Assembly (NCBI GenBank): GCA_014381465.1 | Contig: JACNLP010000043.1 | Location: 3,010-67,009 of the forward strand | From: Flavobacteriales bacterium | GTDB taxonomy: Bacteria > Bacteroidota > Bacteroidia > Flavobacteriales > BACL11 | Direction: 5' to 3' | Length of the DNA stretch: 64,000 nucleotides | In this document: one piece after another, positions 26,541 to 36,649 of the stretch | Layout of the letters: the number at the start of each line of letters is the position of its first letter | How positions within the stretch are numbered: position 1 is the first letter of the stretch | The notes under the pieces: generated by a model | Databases searched by the model: none | Seen by the model: the letters and a program-made list of their open reading frames with translations, nothing else | What the model was told of the DNA's origin: nothing | Program-made: the position numbers and the translations under genes

Positions 26541-28290
26541 AAAGCGTTTTTTCAGCTATTTTTTTTTCTAAATATTTTGAGCCGTCCCCTAATTCTTTGG
26601 CTTTTTTCCAAAAAATAATAGCTTGTTCTTTATCCCCAAGTTTGAAATAAATATCTCCAAAATGTTCCGTGATTACTGGACTGTTTTTTCCTCCATTTTT
26701 ATATGCTTTTTCAAGCCATATTTTTGCCTCTTTATAGTTTTTTTGCTGATACAAAATCCAAGCATAAGTATCTTGAAATGATGCATTATCAGGCGATAAT
26801 TCATTGCTTTTCTTGGACATTTCGCTTGCCTTTTCTAAATCCTGATTTCTAAGAGAAAGATAATAACTAAAATTATTTAAAATCTGCACATTATCAGGGT
26901 CAAAAGCGAGTGCTAAATTATAGAGTGAATCCGATTTTTGATGCTTTTTTAAAGAATGATAATTATCGCCAAGAGTAGAGTAAAATTGCACTAAAAGAGC
27001 TGGAGTTTCAATAACAAATTCTAAACCCATTTCTAATGAAATTATTGCTTTTTTATGATTTTTTAATCTAGAGTTAGCTATGCCATTGAAAAAATAATAA
27101 ACAGGATTAGATGGGAATAATTGAAAGGCTTTTTCGCTATCACTTTCTAATTCTTTATTATCCTCTAATTCTGATTCAATAAACAGAAGCTGACTCCAAA
27201 CTTGCGGTCTGTTTTCATCCAATTCAATTACTCTTTTGTATTGGGCTTTTGCTTTTAAATTTTGTCCATCTTGATATAAAAAGTCGCCATAAATAGCGTT
27301 AGCTATTGGGTTTCCTTCATGAGTTTTTACCAAAATCTCACAAAGTTCCATTGCTTGATTTTTCATTTGCTCAGAAAATTCGATAAGGGAATAATAAGAA
27401 ATAAGTATGTTTACCTTTATGTCAATAGATAGCTTAGGACTCGAAAAAGCAGCTTTTAATTCTTTGTACGATTTTTCGTTATCTCCTTGTTCTCTATAAT
27501 AATCTGCTAAAGTTAGGTGTACTTTTGCGTCTTCAGGATCAAGTTCTAAAATCTTTTTAAATATCTCAAAAGCTTTATCAGTTTCATTATTTAATAAGTA
27601 GAGTTCTGATAAAGTTTCATAAGCATTAATATCATTTTTATTTATTTCAATAAGTTTTTTAATCTCAGAAATAGCTCCTTTTAAATTTTTATTTTCAAGA
27701 TAAAGTTTCTGCTTCTGAATAATGATGTTCTTATCTAATCCTTTGTGTTTTTCTAATTGATTATAAATTTTTATTGCCTCTGAAAACCTTCTAGAATAAA
27801 TATAATTATCTGCTAATAAATAATAATATTCCTCATTGCCTGGATATTTCTTTATTAGCTGTTTATATATTATTGCCGCTTTTGTGTTTTGTCCATTACT
27901 GGTTAAAAGCTCGGCATAAAGCAACTGAAACCAAATGTTTTCTTTATTTAAATAATATGCTTTTTTAGAAAATTCTAAAGCCGATTCAACTTGGGAAAAT
28001 AATTTATAAATAATAGCCGATTCGTAAAACGGAACAGGATTTTCTGGATTTATATTAATGCATTTTTCAAATTCTAAAAGGGCATCATCATAATTTTCTA
28101 AAGATTTTAAACTAAGTGCATTGTAAAAATGACTATCAAATTTAAATTTTGTATCTCCTTTTTCGGTCTCTTTATTTTTTTCTTTTTTTGTAGTTTTTCT
28201 TTTTGTTCCTTCCGGATAATAACTTTTCCATTGTGCAAAAGTTTGTACGCTTAAAAAACATAATATAATAAAAATCCCTTTTTTCATCAT
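26533..28290 (-). CDS. Tetratricopeptide-repeat protein (secreted or periplasmic)
   Basis: Signal peptide MMKKGIFIILCFLSVQTFAQ. Repeated 34-aa TPR-like units with A..Y......P.N patterns run throughout. Confidence 0.8.
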   Translation of the reverse strand: MMKKGIFIILCFLSVQTFAQWKSYYPEGTKRKTTKKEKNKETEKGDTKFKFDSHFYNALSLKSLENYDDALLEFEKCININPENPVPFYESAIIYKLFSQVESALEFSKKAYYLNKENIWFQLLYAELLTSNGQNTKAAIIYKQLIKKYPGNEEYYYLLADNYIYSRRFSEAIKIYNQLEKHKGLDKNIIIQKQKLYLENKNLKGAISEIKKLIEINKNDINAYETLSELYLLNNETDKAFEIFKKILELDPEDAKVHLTLADYYREQGDNEKSYKELKAAFSSPKLSIDIKVNILISYYSLIEFSEQMKNQAMELCEILVKTHEGNPIANAIYGDFLYQDGQNLKAKAQYKRVIELDENRPQVWSQLLFIESELEDNKELESDSEKAFQLFPSNPVYYFFNGIANSRLKNHKKAIISLEMGLEFVIETPALLVQFYSTLGDNYHSLKKHQKSDSLYNLALAFDPDNVQILNNFSYYLSLRNQDLEKASEMSKKSNELSPDNASFQDTYAWILYQQKNYKEAKIWLEKAYKNGGKNSPVITEHFGDIYFKLGDKEQAIIFWKKAKELGDGSKYLEKKIAEKTLYE

Positions 28291-28291
28291 T

Positions 28292-28726
28292 TTATTTTAC
28301 TCCAGTGCTGCCAAATCCACCAGCACCTCTTTTAGTTTCTACTAAATCTACTACCGTTTCCCAGTTGGCTTGCTGGTGTTTTGCAATTACCATTTGTGCC
28401 ACTCTTTCTCCATCTTCAATTACAAATTCTTCTGCCGATAAGTTTATTAAGATAACGCCTATTTCTCCTCTATAGTCTGCATCTATGGTGCCTGGAGAAT
28501 TAAGAACTGTTATTCCTTTTTTAAAAGCCAGCCCACTTCTTGGTCGAACTTGGGCTTCATAACCAATTGGTAACTCTATAAAAAGACCTGTTTTTACCAA
28601 CACTCTTTCTAGTGGCTGAAGTTGTATTGCCTTGTCCAAATTTGCCCTTAAATCCATTCCAGCAGATTGGCTAGTAGCATAATGAGGCAATTCATGTTTT
28701 GATTTGTTTACAATTTTTACTTTCAT
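28292..28726 (-). CDS. dut: dUTP diphosphatase
   Basis: 144 aa with SAGMDL, PRSGLA and [15 protein letters not shown] motifs. Confidence 0.95.
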   Translation of the reverse strand: MKVKIVNKSKHELPHYATSQSAGMDLRANLDKAIQLQPLERVLVKTGLFIELPIGYEAQVRPRSGLAFKKGITVLNSPGTIDADYRGEIGVILINLSAEEFVIEDGERVAQMVIAKHQQANWETVVDLVETKRGAGGFGSTGVK

Positions 28727-28729
28727 TTT

Positions 28730-30211
28730 TTAGTCAAATAATTCAGGTTCGGAAATTACTTCTTTTTTTGATTTTTCTAATATAAAAACTACTATTACAA
28801 ATACAAATAAATAAGTTGTATTTATAAGCATTGATGTTTCAAAATAAATACTTATTTTATATAATGCAAAGGAAAGAATTATATATGTAAATATTCGCTT
28901 TAAATCATACGGAATTGGGTAGTGTTTTTTTCCAATCAGTAATGATGCTAACGTCATACTAAAGTAACATGCTAAAGTTGCCCATGCTGAGCCTACAAAT
29001 CCTATTTTTGGGATTAATATAAAATTTAATCCTAAAGTGATAAGTGCTCCAAAAAAAGCAAGCATTGCACCATATACTGTCTTTTCCGTTAACTTATACC
29101 AAATAGAAAGGTTGTAATAAATTCCTAAAAACAGATTTGCCATAAGTAAAATAGGAACAATTTCTATACCATTTTTACTATGGAAAGAACTGCCAACAAA
29201 ATGTTTTACAACATCCAAATAAAGCATAACCGATAGGAAAATTAAAGACGCTAAAATGGTAAAATACTTAAGTACATCCGCATATATTTTTCGAGAATTG
29301 TGCTGTTTTTCTTGTGAAAAAAAGAAGGGTTCTGCAGCAAAACGAAAAGTTTGAATAAATAAAATCATAATAATTGAAATTTTATAAAATGCACCATACA
29401 CTCCAATTTCTGCCATTTTATCTACCCCCTCAGGCAATAACTGTTTTAATAGTATTCTATCAATCGTTTCATTTGTCATTCCTGCCAAGCCAGCAATTAA
29501 TAAGGGTAAAGCATAAATCATCATTTTTTTCCAAAGTATTGAATTAAACTTCCAACTACTCTTTATCATTTCAGGGAAAAGCATCAAAATTGTTACAATA
29601 CTTGCAAAAAGGTTGGCAATAAAAATATAACCTACCCCAACGGCAGGATCATAAACTGAATTTACAAAATCGGTAGTAGGCAAGTTATTATCCAAAGCGT
29701 AAGGACAGTAAATAATAAAGAAAAGGTTAAGCCCAATATTGATAAAAATATTGACCAAACGCACCAAGGCAAAACGAGCAGCTTGTCTTTGTTCTCTAAG
29801 TTTGGCAAAGGAAATTGAAGAAATTGCATCCATGCCAATAATAAGTGCAAACCAAATTACATACTCTGGGTTTTGAGGATATTCTAGCCAATTAGCAATG
29901 GGTTGTTGGGAAAAAAACATTAAGACAACAAAAAGAATTGAGCTAATAATGAGGGAAATTAAGCTAGTACTATAAACTAATTTTTTATCATATTGTTTTT
30001 GTGAAAAACGAAAAAAAGCCGTTTCCAAACCATAAGTTAACACAATTACCAAAAAAGCAACATAAGCGTAAAGCTCAGTAACTACTCCATATTCTGCAGG
30101 TATAAAATAGCGTGTATAAAGCGGAACTAATAAATAATTGAGCAAACGCCCAACTATACTGCTTAAGCCATAAATAGCGGTTTGTCCTGCTAGTTGTTTT
30201 AGGGGATTCAA
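28730..30211 (-). CDS. MOP-superfamily flippase (Wzx/MurJ-like polysaccharide or lipid-linked oligosaccharide transporter)
   Basis: 493 aa, about 12-14 predicted TM helices, and an N-terminus LAGQTAIYGLSSIVGRLLNYLLVPLYT typical of this family. Confidence 0.7.
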   Translation of the reverse strand: MNPLKQLAGQTAIYGLSSIVGRLLNYLLVPLYTRYFIPAEYGVVTELYAYVAFLVIVLTYGLETAFFRFSQKQYDKKLVYSTSLISLIISSILFVVLMFFSQQPIANWLEYPQNPEYVIWFALIIGMDAISSISFAKLREQRQAARFALVRLVNIFINIGLNLFFIIYCPYALDNNLPTTDFVNSVYDPAVGVGYIFIANLFASIVTILMLFPEMIKSSWKFNSILWKKMMIYALPLLIAGLAGMTNETIDRILLKQLLPEGVDKMAEIGVYGAFYKISIIMILFIQTFRFAAEPFFFSQEKQHNSRKIYADVLKYFTILASLIFLSVMLYLDVVKHFVGSSFHSKNGIEIVPILLMANLFLGIYYNLSIWYKLTEKTVYGAMLAFFGALITLGLNFILIPKIGFVGSAWATLACYFSMTLASLLIGKKHYPIPYDLKRIFTYIILSFALYKISIYFETSMLINTTYLFVFVIVVFILEKSKKEVISEPELFD

Positions 30212-30214
30212 CTC

Positions 30215-30988
30215 TTAAAAGTTTGCTTTTCTCTTTTCTAAAAATGCATTTGCACCTTCAAAAAATTCTTCCGATTCAAAGCAATTTCCAAATTCTTTTT
30301 TCTCCACTTCAAAACCATTTACGCCATCTTCAAATCCTGCATTTACGGATTTTATTGCTTTAGCAATTGCCATGGGCGAATTCCTTATTATTTTAGTTGC
30401 TATTTTTTCAGCTGTTGAAATTAATTCTTCTTGCGAGCAAATATGATTTATAAGCCCCCAACTTTTTGCGTCTTCTGCTGATATCATTCCTGCAGTAGTT
30501 ATCATTTCCATTGCTTTTCCTTTTCCTACCAAATTAGCCAGTCTTTGTGTGCCTCCATAGCCAGGAATTACACCTAAGGAAACTTCTGGTAATCCCATTT
30601 TTGCATTGTCAGAAGCTATACGAATATGACATGCCATAGCAAGTTCAAGCCCTCCTCCCAATGCAAAACCATTAATTGCTGCAATACTTGGAGTTCCACA
30701 ATTTTCAAGCAAGTCGAATAATGTTTTTTGTCCTTTTCTTGCTAGGTTTTCTCCTTCTTTTTTGGAGTACTTAGCAAATTCTTTTATATCGGCTCCTGCC
30801 ACAAAAGCTTTATCTTGAGCTCCTGTAATTATCATACACCTTATTAATTTATCCTCTTCCGCAATAGAAATAACCAAACTTAATTCTTCTATAGTTTCTG
30901 TGTTTAAAGCATTAAGTTGATTTGGGCGATTAATTGTAATATAAGCAATTGCATTTTTGCTTTCAAACAATATGTTTTTGTATTCCAT
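30215..30988 (-). CDS. Enoyl-CoA hydratase/isomerase (crotonase family)
   Basis: ATG at 30988 (MEYKNILFESKNAIAYITINRPNQLNAL) with the oxyanion-hole region GFALGGGLELAMACHIRIA. The longer ORF-track version would run through a terminator into atpG. Confidence 0.88.
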   Translation of the reverse strand: MEYKNILFESKNAIAYITINRPNQLNALNTETIEELSLVISIAEEDKLIRCMIITGAQDKAFVAGADIKEFAKYSKKEGENLARKGQKTLFDLLENCGTPSIAAINGFALGGGLELAMACHIRIASDNAKMGLPEVSLGVIPGYGGTQRLANLVGKGKAMEMITTAGMISAEDAKSWGLINHICSQEELISTAEKIATKIIRNSPMAIAKAIKSVNAGFEDGVNGFEVEKKEFGNCFESEEFFEGANAFLEKRKANF

Positions 30989-31007
30989 CTTTTTAGTAAT
31001 TTTTATA

Positions 31008-31015
31008 CAAATATA
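31008..31015 (-). promoter_or_regulatory. Candidate -7 promoter box (TAnnTTTG)
   Basis: TATATTTG on the minus strand, 19 nt upstream of the ATG at 30988 and just downstream of the atpG terminator. Confidence 0.45.
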
Positions 31016-31039
31016 AGCGTTTGAATCATTTCTAAAATA

Positions 31040-31068
31040 AAAAACCCACTTACTAATAGTGGGTTTTT
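31040..31068. terminator. Rho-independent terminator at the end of the atp operon
   Basis: aaaaacccact / agtgggttttt stem (7 GC-containing bp plus an A:T extension) with a 7-nt loop, 24 nt downstream of the atpG stop. Confidence 0.75.
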
Positions 31069-31091
31069 TAACAATTATATTTATTCTAATT

Positions 31092-31955
31092 TTATCCGTT
31101 AAGAGCTTCTGCTCCACCAACAATTTCCAGAATTTCACTCGTAATAGCCGCTTGTCTTGCCTTATTGTAAAAGAGCGTTAAATCATCCTTAAGATCATTA
31201 GCATTATCGGTTGCTTTGTGCATTGCTGTCATTCTTGCACCATGCTCTGAAGCGTATGAATCTAATATCGCCTTGAAAAGCTGAGTTTTCAAAGATTTTG
31301 GGATTAACTCCTGAACTATTTCTTCTTTTGAAGGTTCAAAAATATAATCTCCAATAATAGTTGTTTGATTTTCTGGCGTTTCAACAGGGAGATAATTTTC
31401 GTTCATAATTATTTGGGTTGCAGCATTCTTAAATTGATTATACACCAAAATAACTTTATCGTATTTTGCATCTGTAAAAACATTCATAATTCCTTCAGCA
31501 ATTTTAGAAACTCCCTCAAAAGTAATTTCATTGTACAAATCATCATGTGTACTTACTACATTAAAATCATTTTTAGAAAAATATTCTGAAGATTTTTTTC
31601 CAATAGAAATAATGCTTGAATTACAGTTTTTGTAATCCTCAGTTATAAGAGAAATTGTGCGTTTAATAATGTTGGAATTAAAGCCTCCACAAAGCCCTCT
31701 GTTAGAAGTAACCGTTACAAAAAGAATGTTCTTTACTTCTCTTTTTGTTGAAAAAAGATTTTCTTCTGAGTTATCTAAACTTTCGCTTATATTTACTAGT
31801 ATTTCTGTTAGTTTATTAGCATAGGGCCTAAGCTGAATTATTGCATCTTGTGCTTTTTTTAATTTAGCTGCAGATACCATTTTCATTGCAGAAGTAATCT
31901 GCATTGTTGATTCAACTGAAGAAATTCTATTTCGTATCTCCTTTAGGTTTGCCAT
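31092..31955 (-). CDS. atpG: F1 ATP synthase gamma subunit
   Basis: MANLKEIRNRISSVESTMQITSAMKMVSAAKL at the N-terminus and ITSEILEIVGGAEAL at the C-terminus. Confidence 0.95.
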   Translation of the reverse strand: MANLKEIRNRISSVESTMQITSAMKMVSAAKLKKAQDAIIQLRPYANKLTEILVNISESLDNSEENLFSTKREVKNILFVTVTSNRGLCGGFNSNIIKRTISLITEDYKNCNSSIISIGKKSSEYFSKNDFNVVSTHDDLYNEITFEGVSKIAEGIMNVFTDAKYDKVILVYNQFKNAATQIIMNENYLPVETPENQTTIIGDYIFEPSKEEIVQELIPKSLKTQLFKAILDSYASEHGARMTAMHKATDNANDLKDDLTLFYNKARQAAITSEILEIVGGAEALNG

Positions 31956-31958
31956 CTT

Positions 31959-33539
31959 TTATTTTGAGTACTTTTTAGAAAGATCAGCTGCTACTTTTTC
32001 TAATGTTGAAGTAATATCATCTGTTAATTTTCCCCCTGCCAAATCATCTAAAGTATTTTGATGTTTTTGGTGTAAAAAAGAAATAAATTCTGTTTCAAAC
32101 TCTCTAATTTTTTTCACTGGAACATCCATCAATAATCCTTTAGTTCCGCAATAAATAATTGCCGCTTGCTCCTCAACTCTTAAGGGGGAGTATTGTCCTT
32201 GTTTTAAAATTTCCACATTTCTTTTCCCTTTTTCGATAATAGCAGTAGTTGCCGCATCCAAATCGGATCCGAACTTTGCAAATGCTTCTAATTCCCTATA
32301 CTGAGCTTGATCTAATTTAAGTGTTCCAGCAATTTTTTTCATGGATTTTATTTGTGCATTTCCACCCACACGAGAAACAGAAATTCCTACATTAATAGCT
32401 GGGCGAACTCCTGATAAAAATAAATCAGATTCTAAGAAAATCTGTCCATCAGTAATAGAAATTACATTGGTTGGAATATATGCTGAAACATCTCCCGCTT
32501 GTGTTTCAATAATTGGAAGTGCCGTCAGTGATCCTCCGCCCTTTACTTTTCCTTTCAAAGATTCTGGCAAATCATTCATTTGTGCTGCAACTTTATCATC
32601 ATTTACCACTTTTGCGGCTCTTTCTAATAATCTCGAATGTAAGTAGAATACATCACCAGGATACGCCTCCCTTCCAGGAGGTCTTCTAAGTAAAAGAGAA
32701 ACCTCACGATACGCAACTGCTTGTTTAGATAAATCATCAAATACAATTAGTGCTGGCCTTCCTGTATCTCTAAAAAATTCACCAATTGCAGCCCCAGCAA
32801 GTGGTGCGTAAAATTGCATTGGAGCAGGATCAGATGCATTGGCTGCAACAATAACAGTATAATCAAGTGCTCCGGCATCTTCTAATTTTTTAGCAAGTGC
32901 AGCAACAGTAGATGCTTTTTGTCCAATAGCAACATAAATACAAAATACTGGTTCGCCTTTTTCGTAAAATTCTTTTTGGTTGATAATGGTATCAATTACA
33001 ACAGCTGTTTTTCCTGTTTGTCTGTCGCCAATTACTAATTCTCTTTGCCCTCTCCCTACTGGAATCATGGCATCAATTGCTTTAATTCCTGTTTGAAGTG
33101 GTTCATTTACTGGTTGCCTGAAAATAACTCCTGGTGCTTTTCTTTCAATTGGCATTTCAAAAGTTTCTCCCTTAATTGGTCCTTTCCCATCAATTGGAGT
33201 TCCAATAGTGTTTATAACACGCCCTAACATACCTTCTCCCACATTAATGGAAGCAATTTTTTTAGTTCGCTTTACTACATCTCCTTCTTTTATTCCTTTT
33301 GAAGGCCCTAAAAGAACCGCTCCAATATTATCTTCTTCTAAGTTTAAAACGATTGCTTTTAGTCCGTTTTCAAATTCAATTAATTCTCCCGATTGAACAT
33401 CTATTAAGCCGTAAATTCTGGCGATACCATCTCCTACTTGTAATACGGTTCCAACCTCTTGTAGTTCTGCCTCTGACTTATGTCCGGCTAATTGTTGTCT
33501 TAAAATTGCTGATACCTCAGCTGGTTTCACTTCTGCCAT
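31959..33539 (-). CDS. atpA: F1 ATP synthase alpha subunit
   Basis: Walker A GDRQTGKT. Full-length alpha-subunit sequence. Confidence 0.97.
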   Translation of the reverse strand: MAEVKPAEVSAILRQQLAGHKSEAELQEVGTVLQVGDGIARIYGLIDVQSGELIEFENGLKAIVLNLEEDNIGAVLLGPSKGIKEGDVVKRTKKIASINVGEGMLGRVINTIGTPIDGKGPIKGETFEMPIERKAPGVIFRQPVNEPLQTGIKAIDAMIPVGRGQRELVIGDRQTGKTAVVIDTIINQKEFYEKGEPVFCIYVAIGQKASTVAALAKKLEDAGALDYTVIVAANASDPAPMQFYAPLAGAAIGEFFRDTGRPALIVFDDLSKQAVAYREVSLLLRRPPGREAYPGDVFYLHSRLLERAAKVVNDDKVAAQMNDLPESLKGKVKGGGSLTALPIIETQAGDVSAYIPTNVISITDGQIFLESDLFLSGVRPAINVGISVSRVGGNAQIKSMKKIAGTLKLDQAQYRELEAFAKFGSDLDAATTAIIEKGKRNVEILKQGQYSPLRVEEQAAIIYCGTKGLLMDVPVKKIREFETEFISFLHQKHQNTLDDLAGGKLTDDITSTLEKVAADLSKKYSK

Positions 33540-33552
33540 TTTATTTTTGTTT

Positions 33553-34110
33553 TTAAAAGTCCTGTATATATAGGTTTTTGTTAAATGTTTTTCTTAAATC
33601 AGAAAGCGCTTTCAATACACTTGCATCTAATTGCTTGCCTCCCATTCTGATGATTGTTCCTCCAATAATTTTTTCATCAACTTTCTGTGTCAACTCCACA
33701 TTATCTTCACCATGTTTCTTGATAAAATTAATTACCTCAGTTCTTAATGCCTCATCCAAAGGAACAGCAGTAGTAACTGTAGCGGTTTCAATTTTGTTAT
33801 ATTCTTTATGCAAAGCGATAAAACTACTGGCGATTAAAGCCAATAAACCTTCTCTTTTCTTAGCGGTAATTATGTTAATAAACGCCATGCTTACCTCTCC
33901 TAATTTTGATTCAAAAATCTCTTTTAGAATGCTTAATTTTTGATCCGTTTTTACAATAGGACTTTTAAGCAATAAAGAAAGGTCTTTGCTTTCTGTACAA
34001 ACTGCATCAAGCAATATCATGTCATTATATGATTGCTCCAATGTATTCTGCTCAATTGACAGTTGCAATAAAGCTTTTGCGTATCTAATTGTTACTCTTG
34101 ATTGCTTCAT
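33553..34110 (-). CDS. atpH: F1 ATP synthase delta (OSCP) subunit
   Basis: 185 aa, N-terminus RYAKALLQL, positioned between atpF and atpA. Confidence 0.85.
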   Translation of the reverse strand: MKQSRVTIRYAKALLQLSIEQNTLEQSYNDMILLDAVCTESKDLSLLLKSPIVKTDQKLSILKEIFESKLGEVSMAFINIITAKKREGLLALIASSFIALHKEYNKIETATVTTAVPLDEALRTEVINFIKKHGEDNVELTQKVDEKIIGGTIIRMGGKQLDASVLKALSDLRKTFNKNLYIQDF

Positions 34111-34116
34111 TGTATC

Positions 34117-34617
34117 CTAGTTAAGTTCGTTAATTTTTAACGCCTTAGCAACTAACTCATTTTGTTTGTTTTTATCCGAAAGTTCTGATTTCAAAATCTT
34201 TTCAGCAATATCAATCGACATCTCAGCAACCTGATTTTTAAGCTCAGTAATTGCTTTCATTTTTTCGTTATTGATTTTCTCCTTAGCTAAAAGTAAAATT
34301 TTATCTGCCTCAGTACTTGCTAATTTTTTTGCATCATTAACAATCTCCTCTTTAATTTCTCTTGCCTCTTTTAATAAAGCATCTCTCTCAATTCTTGCTT
34401 CAGCTAAAATTCTTTCGTTATCTGCAGTAAGATTTTGCATTTCTTCTTTGGCTTTTTCTGCTGCCTCTAATGCATCTTTAATTCCCTCTTCTCTATCCTC
34501 AACTGCTGAAAGAATTGGACCCCATGCAAATTTCTTTAGTAAAAGAATTAAGGCAATAAAAAGTAATGATTGCCAAAAAAACAATCCTACCGAAAAGTCA
34601 TTTATTAATTTATCCAT
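34117..34617 (-). CDS. atpF: Fo ATP synthase b subunit
   Basis: 166 aa with one N-terminal TM helix and then a long charged helix. Operon position supports the call. Confidence 0.88.
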   Translation of the reverse strand: MDKLINDFSVGLFFWQSLLFIALILLLKKFAWGPILSAVEDREEGIKDALEAAEKAKEEMQNLTADNERILAEARIERDALLKEAREIKEEIVNDAKKLASTEADKILLLAKEKINNEKMKAITELKNQVAEMSIDIAEKILKSELSDKNKQNELVAKALKINELN

Positions 34618-34651
34618 TTTTGTTTTGTTTGTCGTTTAATTTTTAAAATAT

Positions 34652-34686
34652 AATCAAAACTGCAAGCAACCCTTGCAGTTTTGATT
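34652..34686 (-). promoter_or_regulatory. Strong intra-operon stem-loop between atpE and atpF
   Basis: 15-bp perfect stem aatcaaaactgcaag / cttgcagttttgatt with a 5-nt loop, 11 nt after the atpE stop on the transcribed strand. Confidence 0.7.
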
Positions 34687-34696
34687 AATAGGTTTG

Positions 34697-34888
34697 TTAT
34701 ACTGCAAATAATGCAGCAAATCCAATACCTTCAATTAGTGCTGCAGCAATAAGCATAGCTGTTTGGATTTTACCAGTAGCCTCTGGTTGTCTTGCAATAG
34801 CGTCCATTGCCGACCCACCAATTCTACCAATACCAATACCTGCTCCGATTACTACTAAACCTGCACCTACAATAGCTGGAATTTCCAT
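34697..34888 (-). CDS. atpE: Fo ATP synthase c subunit
   Basis: 63-aa two-helix hairpin, with RQPE in the loop and the carboxylate in AALIEG. Confidence 0.95.
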   Translation of the reverse strand: MEIPAIVGAGLVVIGAGIGIGRIGGSAMDAIARQPEATGKIQTAMLIAAALIEGIGFAALFAV

Positions 34889-34931
34889 AATTAAATTGAT
34901 TTTAAATTAAACACTCTAGTTAATATTTTTA

Positions 34932-35936
34932 TTAATGATCATCATGTTCTTCAACAGCCGAACCAAAGTAAAGTGCTGATAACATGGTGAAAATATATGC
35001 TTGTAATGCTGCTACTAATAACTCTAATAATGATAATGCAAAAGCTAATCCGAAAGACAATGAGCTTCCAATCCATCCTTTAAAAATAAATATCAACCCT
35101 AAAATACTCATTAAAACAATATGTCCAGCTGTAATATTTGCATACAAACGAATCATTAAAGAAAAGGGTTTGATAATTGTTCCGAACAACTCAATAGGGG
35201 CTAAAAGTAATTTCATTGGGGTAGGCACGCCAGGCATCCAAAAAATATGACCCCAATAACTTTTATTTGCAGTAACTGTCGTTAACACATAAGTGATTAA
35301 TGCTAATGAAAGGGTTACGGCAATATTGTTTGTTACATTTACCCCTAGTGGAGTTAATCCAAATAAATTAATAATCCAAATAAAGAAAAATACTGTAAGC
35401 AAGTAGCTCATGTATTTTTTATAATGCTTCTCTCCAATATTTGGAATAGCAATGTCATCTCTTATATATAAAACTATAGGCTCTAACAATCTTCCCATAC
35501 CAGTTGGTAAGCTATTCTTTTTATACGACTTAGCCATTCTAATAAACATGAACATCATCATTAAAAAAACAATAAAAATGAAGGTTACATTTTTTGTAAT
35601 AGAGAAATCTATCGGATGCAAGCCGCTTGCTTCAATAATATGACCATGATCTAAAGAATATACCCTACCATCAACCTCATAAGGCGTTGTTCCGTGATGA
35701 AAATTAGCAGAGGAAAAAATATCCAAATTACCATCTGTATACAGAATTACAGGTAGTGGAAATGAAAGGCCATGCGTTAGAACAAAATCATGAGAATCTT
35801 GTAAGTGATGAGAAATTGTTTCTTTTATTTCAGTTTTAATGTCTTTTTCGCTATTTGAAAGATGTTCATCAGCAAAAATATTAAGGTTAAAAAAAACCGA
35901 AATTACTAGTGTAAAAATTATTGTGTTTACTTTCAT
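34932..35936 (-). CDS. atpB: Fo ATP synthase a subunit (long N-terminal extension)
   Basis: The C-terminal region LMIRLYANITAGHIVL holds the conserved Arg. I chose the ATG at 35936 (MKVNTIIFTLV) over the upstream TTG. Confidence 0.9.
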   Translation of the reverse strand: MKVNTIIFTLVISVFFNLNIFADEHLSNSEKDIKTEIKETISHHLQDSHDFVLTHGLSFPLPVILYTDGNLDIFSSANFHHGTTPYEVDGRVYSLDHGHIIEASGLHPIDFSITKNVTFIFIVFLMMMFMFIRMAKSYKKNSLPTGMGRLLEPIVLYIRDDIAIPNIGEKHYKKYMSYLLTVFFFIWIINLFGLTPLGVNVTNNIAVTLSLALITYVLTTVTANKSYWGHIFWMPGVPTPMKLLLAPIELFGTIIKPFSLMIRLYANITAGHIVLMSILGLIFIFKGWIGSSLSFGLAFALSLLELLVAALQAYIFTMLSALYFGSAVEEHDDH

Positions 35937-35972
35937 CTTGTTGTACCTTGAATCTCTTTTTAAAAATCGGTG

Positions 35973-35980
35973 CAAATCTA
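35973..35980 (-). promoter_or_regulatory. Candidate internal -7 promoter box (TAnnTTTG) ahead of atpB
   Basis: TAGATTTG on the minus strand, 36 nt upstream of the atpB ATG. Confidence 0.35.
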
Positions 35981-36033
35981 ACTATTTATGTAAATTCTGA
36001 AAGTAATTTAACTCTTTTTTTAGACAAGTAATT

Positions 36034-36420
36034 TTATACACTATTGAGTGCTTTAATAAGCTGTTGAGTTTCCACAATTAAAGCTATTGAGTATGGGATA
36101 AAAAATGATAAAAACTCTACTGTAGAAACAAAATTATCTTGCAGGTAAAAAGGGTATAGAAAGACAAAAAATAAGGTGAATTTTATCAAGCTTCCACCTA
36201 AAAATAAAAAACCTAAAATTTCTGTTTTTTTCTCTTTATTTTTATAAATAAAAATAAATATCATTACTGTTAACACAAAATTCCCAACATAAGAAGCTAC
36301 AATTCTATTGGCAAACAAGTCATGATTTAAAAAGTGAAGAATGCTTATATGGACCGTGAAAATCGCTAATAGAATAAAAAAAAGAATTAAAATAAATACT
36401 CCTAAACCTTTATTCTTCAT
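36034..36420 (-). CDS. Small integral membrane protein of unknown function at the head of the atp operon
   Basis: 128 aa with four hydrophobic segments. Its start overlaps the stop of the AtpZ-like gene by 11 nt. Confidence 0.6.
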   Translation of the reverse strand: MKNKGLGVFILILFFILLAIFTVHISILHFLNHDLFANRIVASYVGNFVLTVMIFIFIYKNKEKKTEILGFLFLGGSLIKFTLFFVFLYPFYLQDNFVSTVEFLSFFIPYSIALIVETQQLIKALNSV

Positions 36421-36649
36421 CTTGCTTATTTATCTTTTTTAGCTGTTGTATTACGCTATAAATAGAAACAACCATTGCAAATAAAGTTAGTAATAAGGTA
36501 AACCATGGTTTTGAAAAGGAGTACAATCCGTCAATATATTTACCTAAATAAGATCCTAAAAAAATAGTTACACCAATTTGAGTAGCGATTGATGTAAGTT
36601 GAAGGTACTTGTTAAGCTGTTTTTTCTTTTGCTTCTGTTTTTTCGACAT
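36410..36649 (-). CDS. AtpZ/AtpI-like small membrane protein
   Basis: 79 aa with a basic N-terminus (KKQKQKKKQLNK) and two TM helices. It sits upstream of atpB. Confidence 0.6.
   Translation of the reverse strand: MSKKQKQKKKQLNKYLQLTSIATQIGVTIFLGSYLGKYIDGLYSFSKPWFTLLLTLFAMVVSIYSVIQQLKKINKQDEE

Noticed and set aside
31040-31955. The ATP synthase operon stops after atpG at a strong terminator, with no atpD or atpC in the window.
   Set aside because: A split atpBEFHAG / atpDC arrangement is, as far as I recall, normal for Bacteroidota. It is probably not a loss or a novelty. The full genome would confirm atpDC elsewhere.
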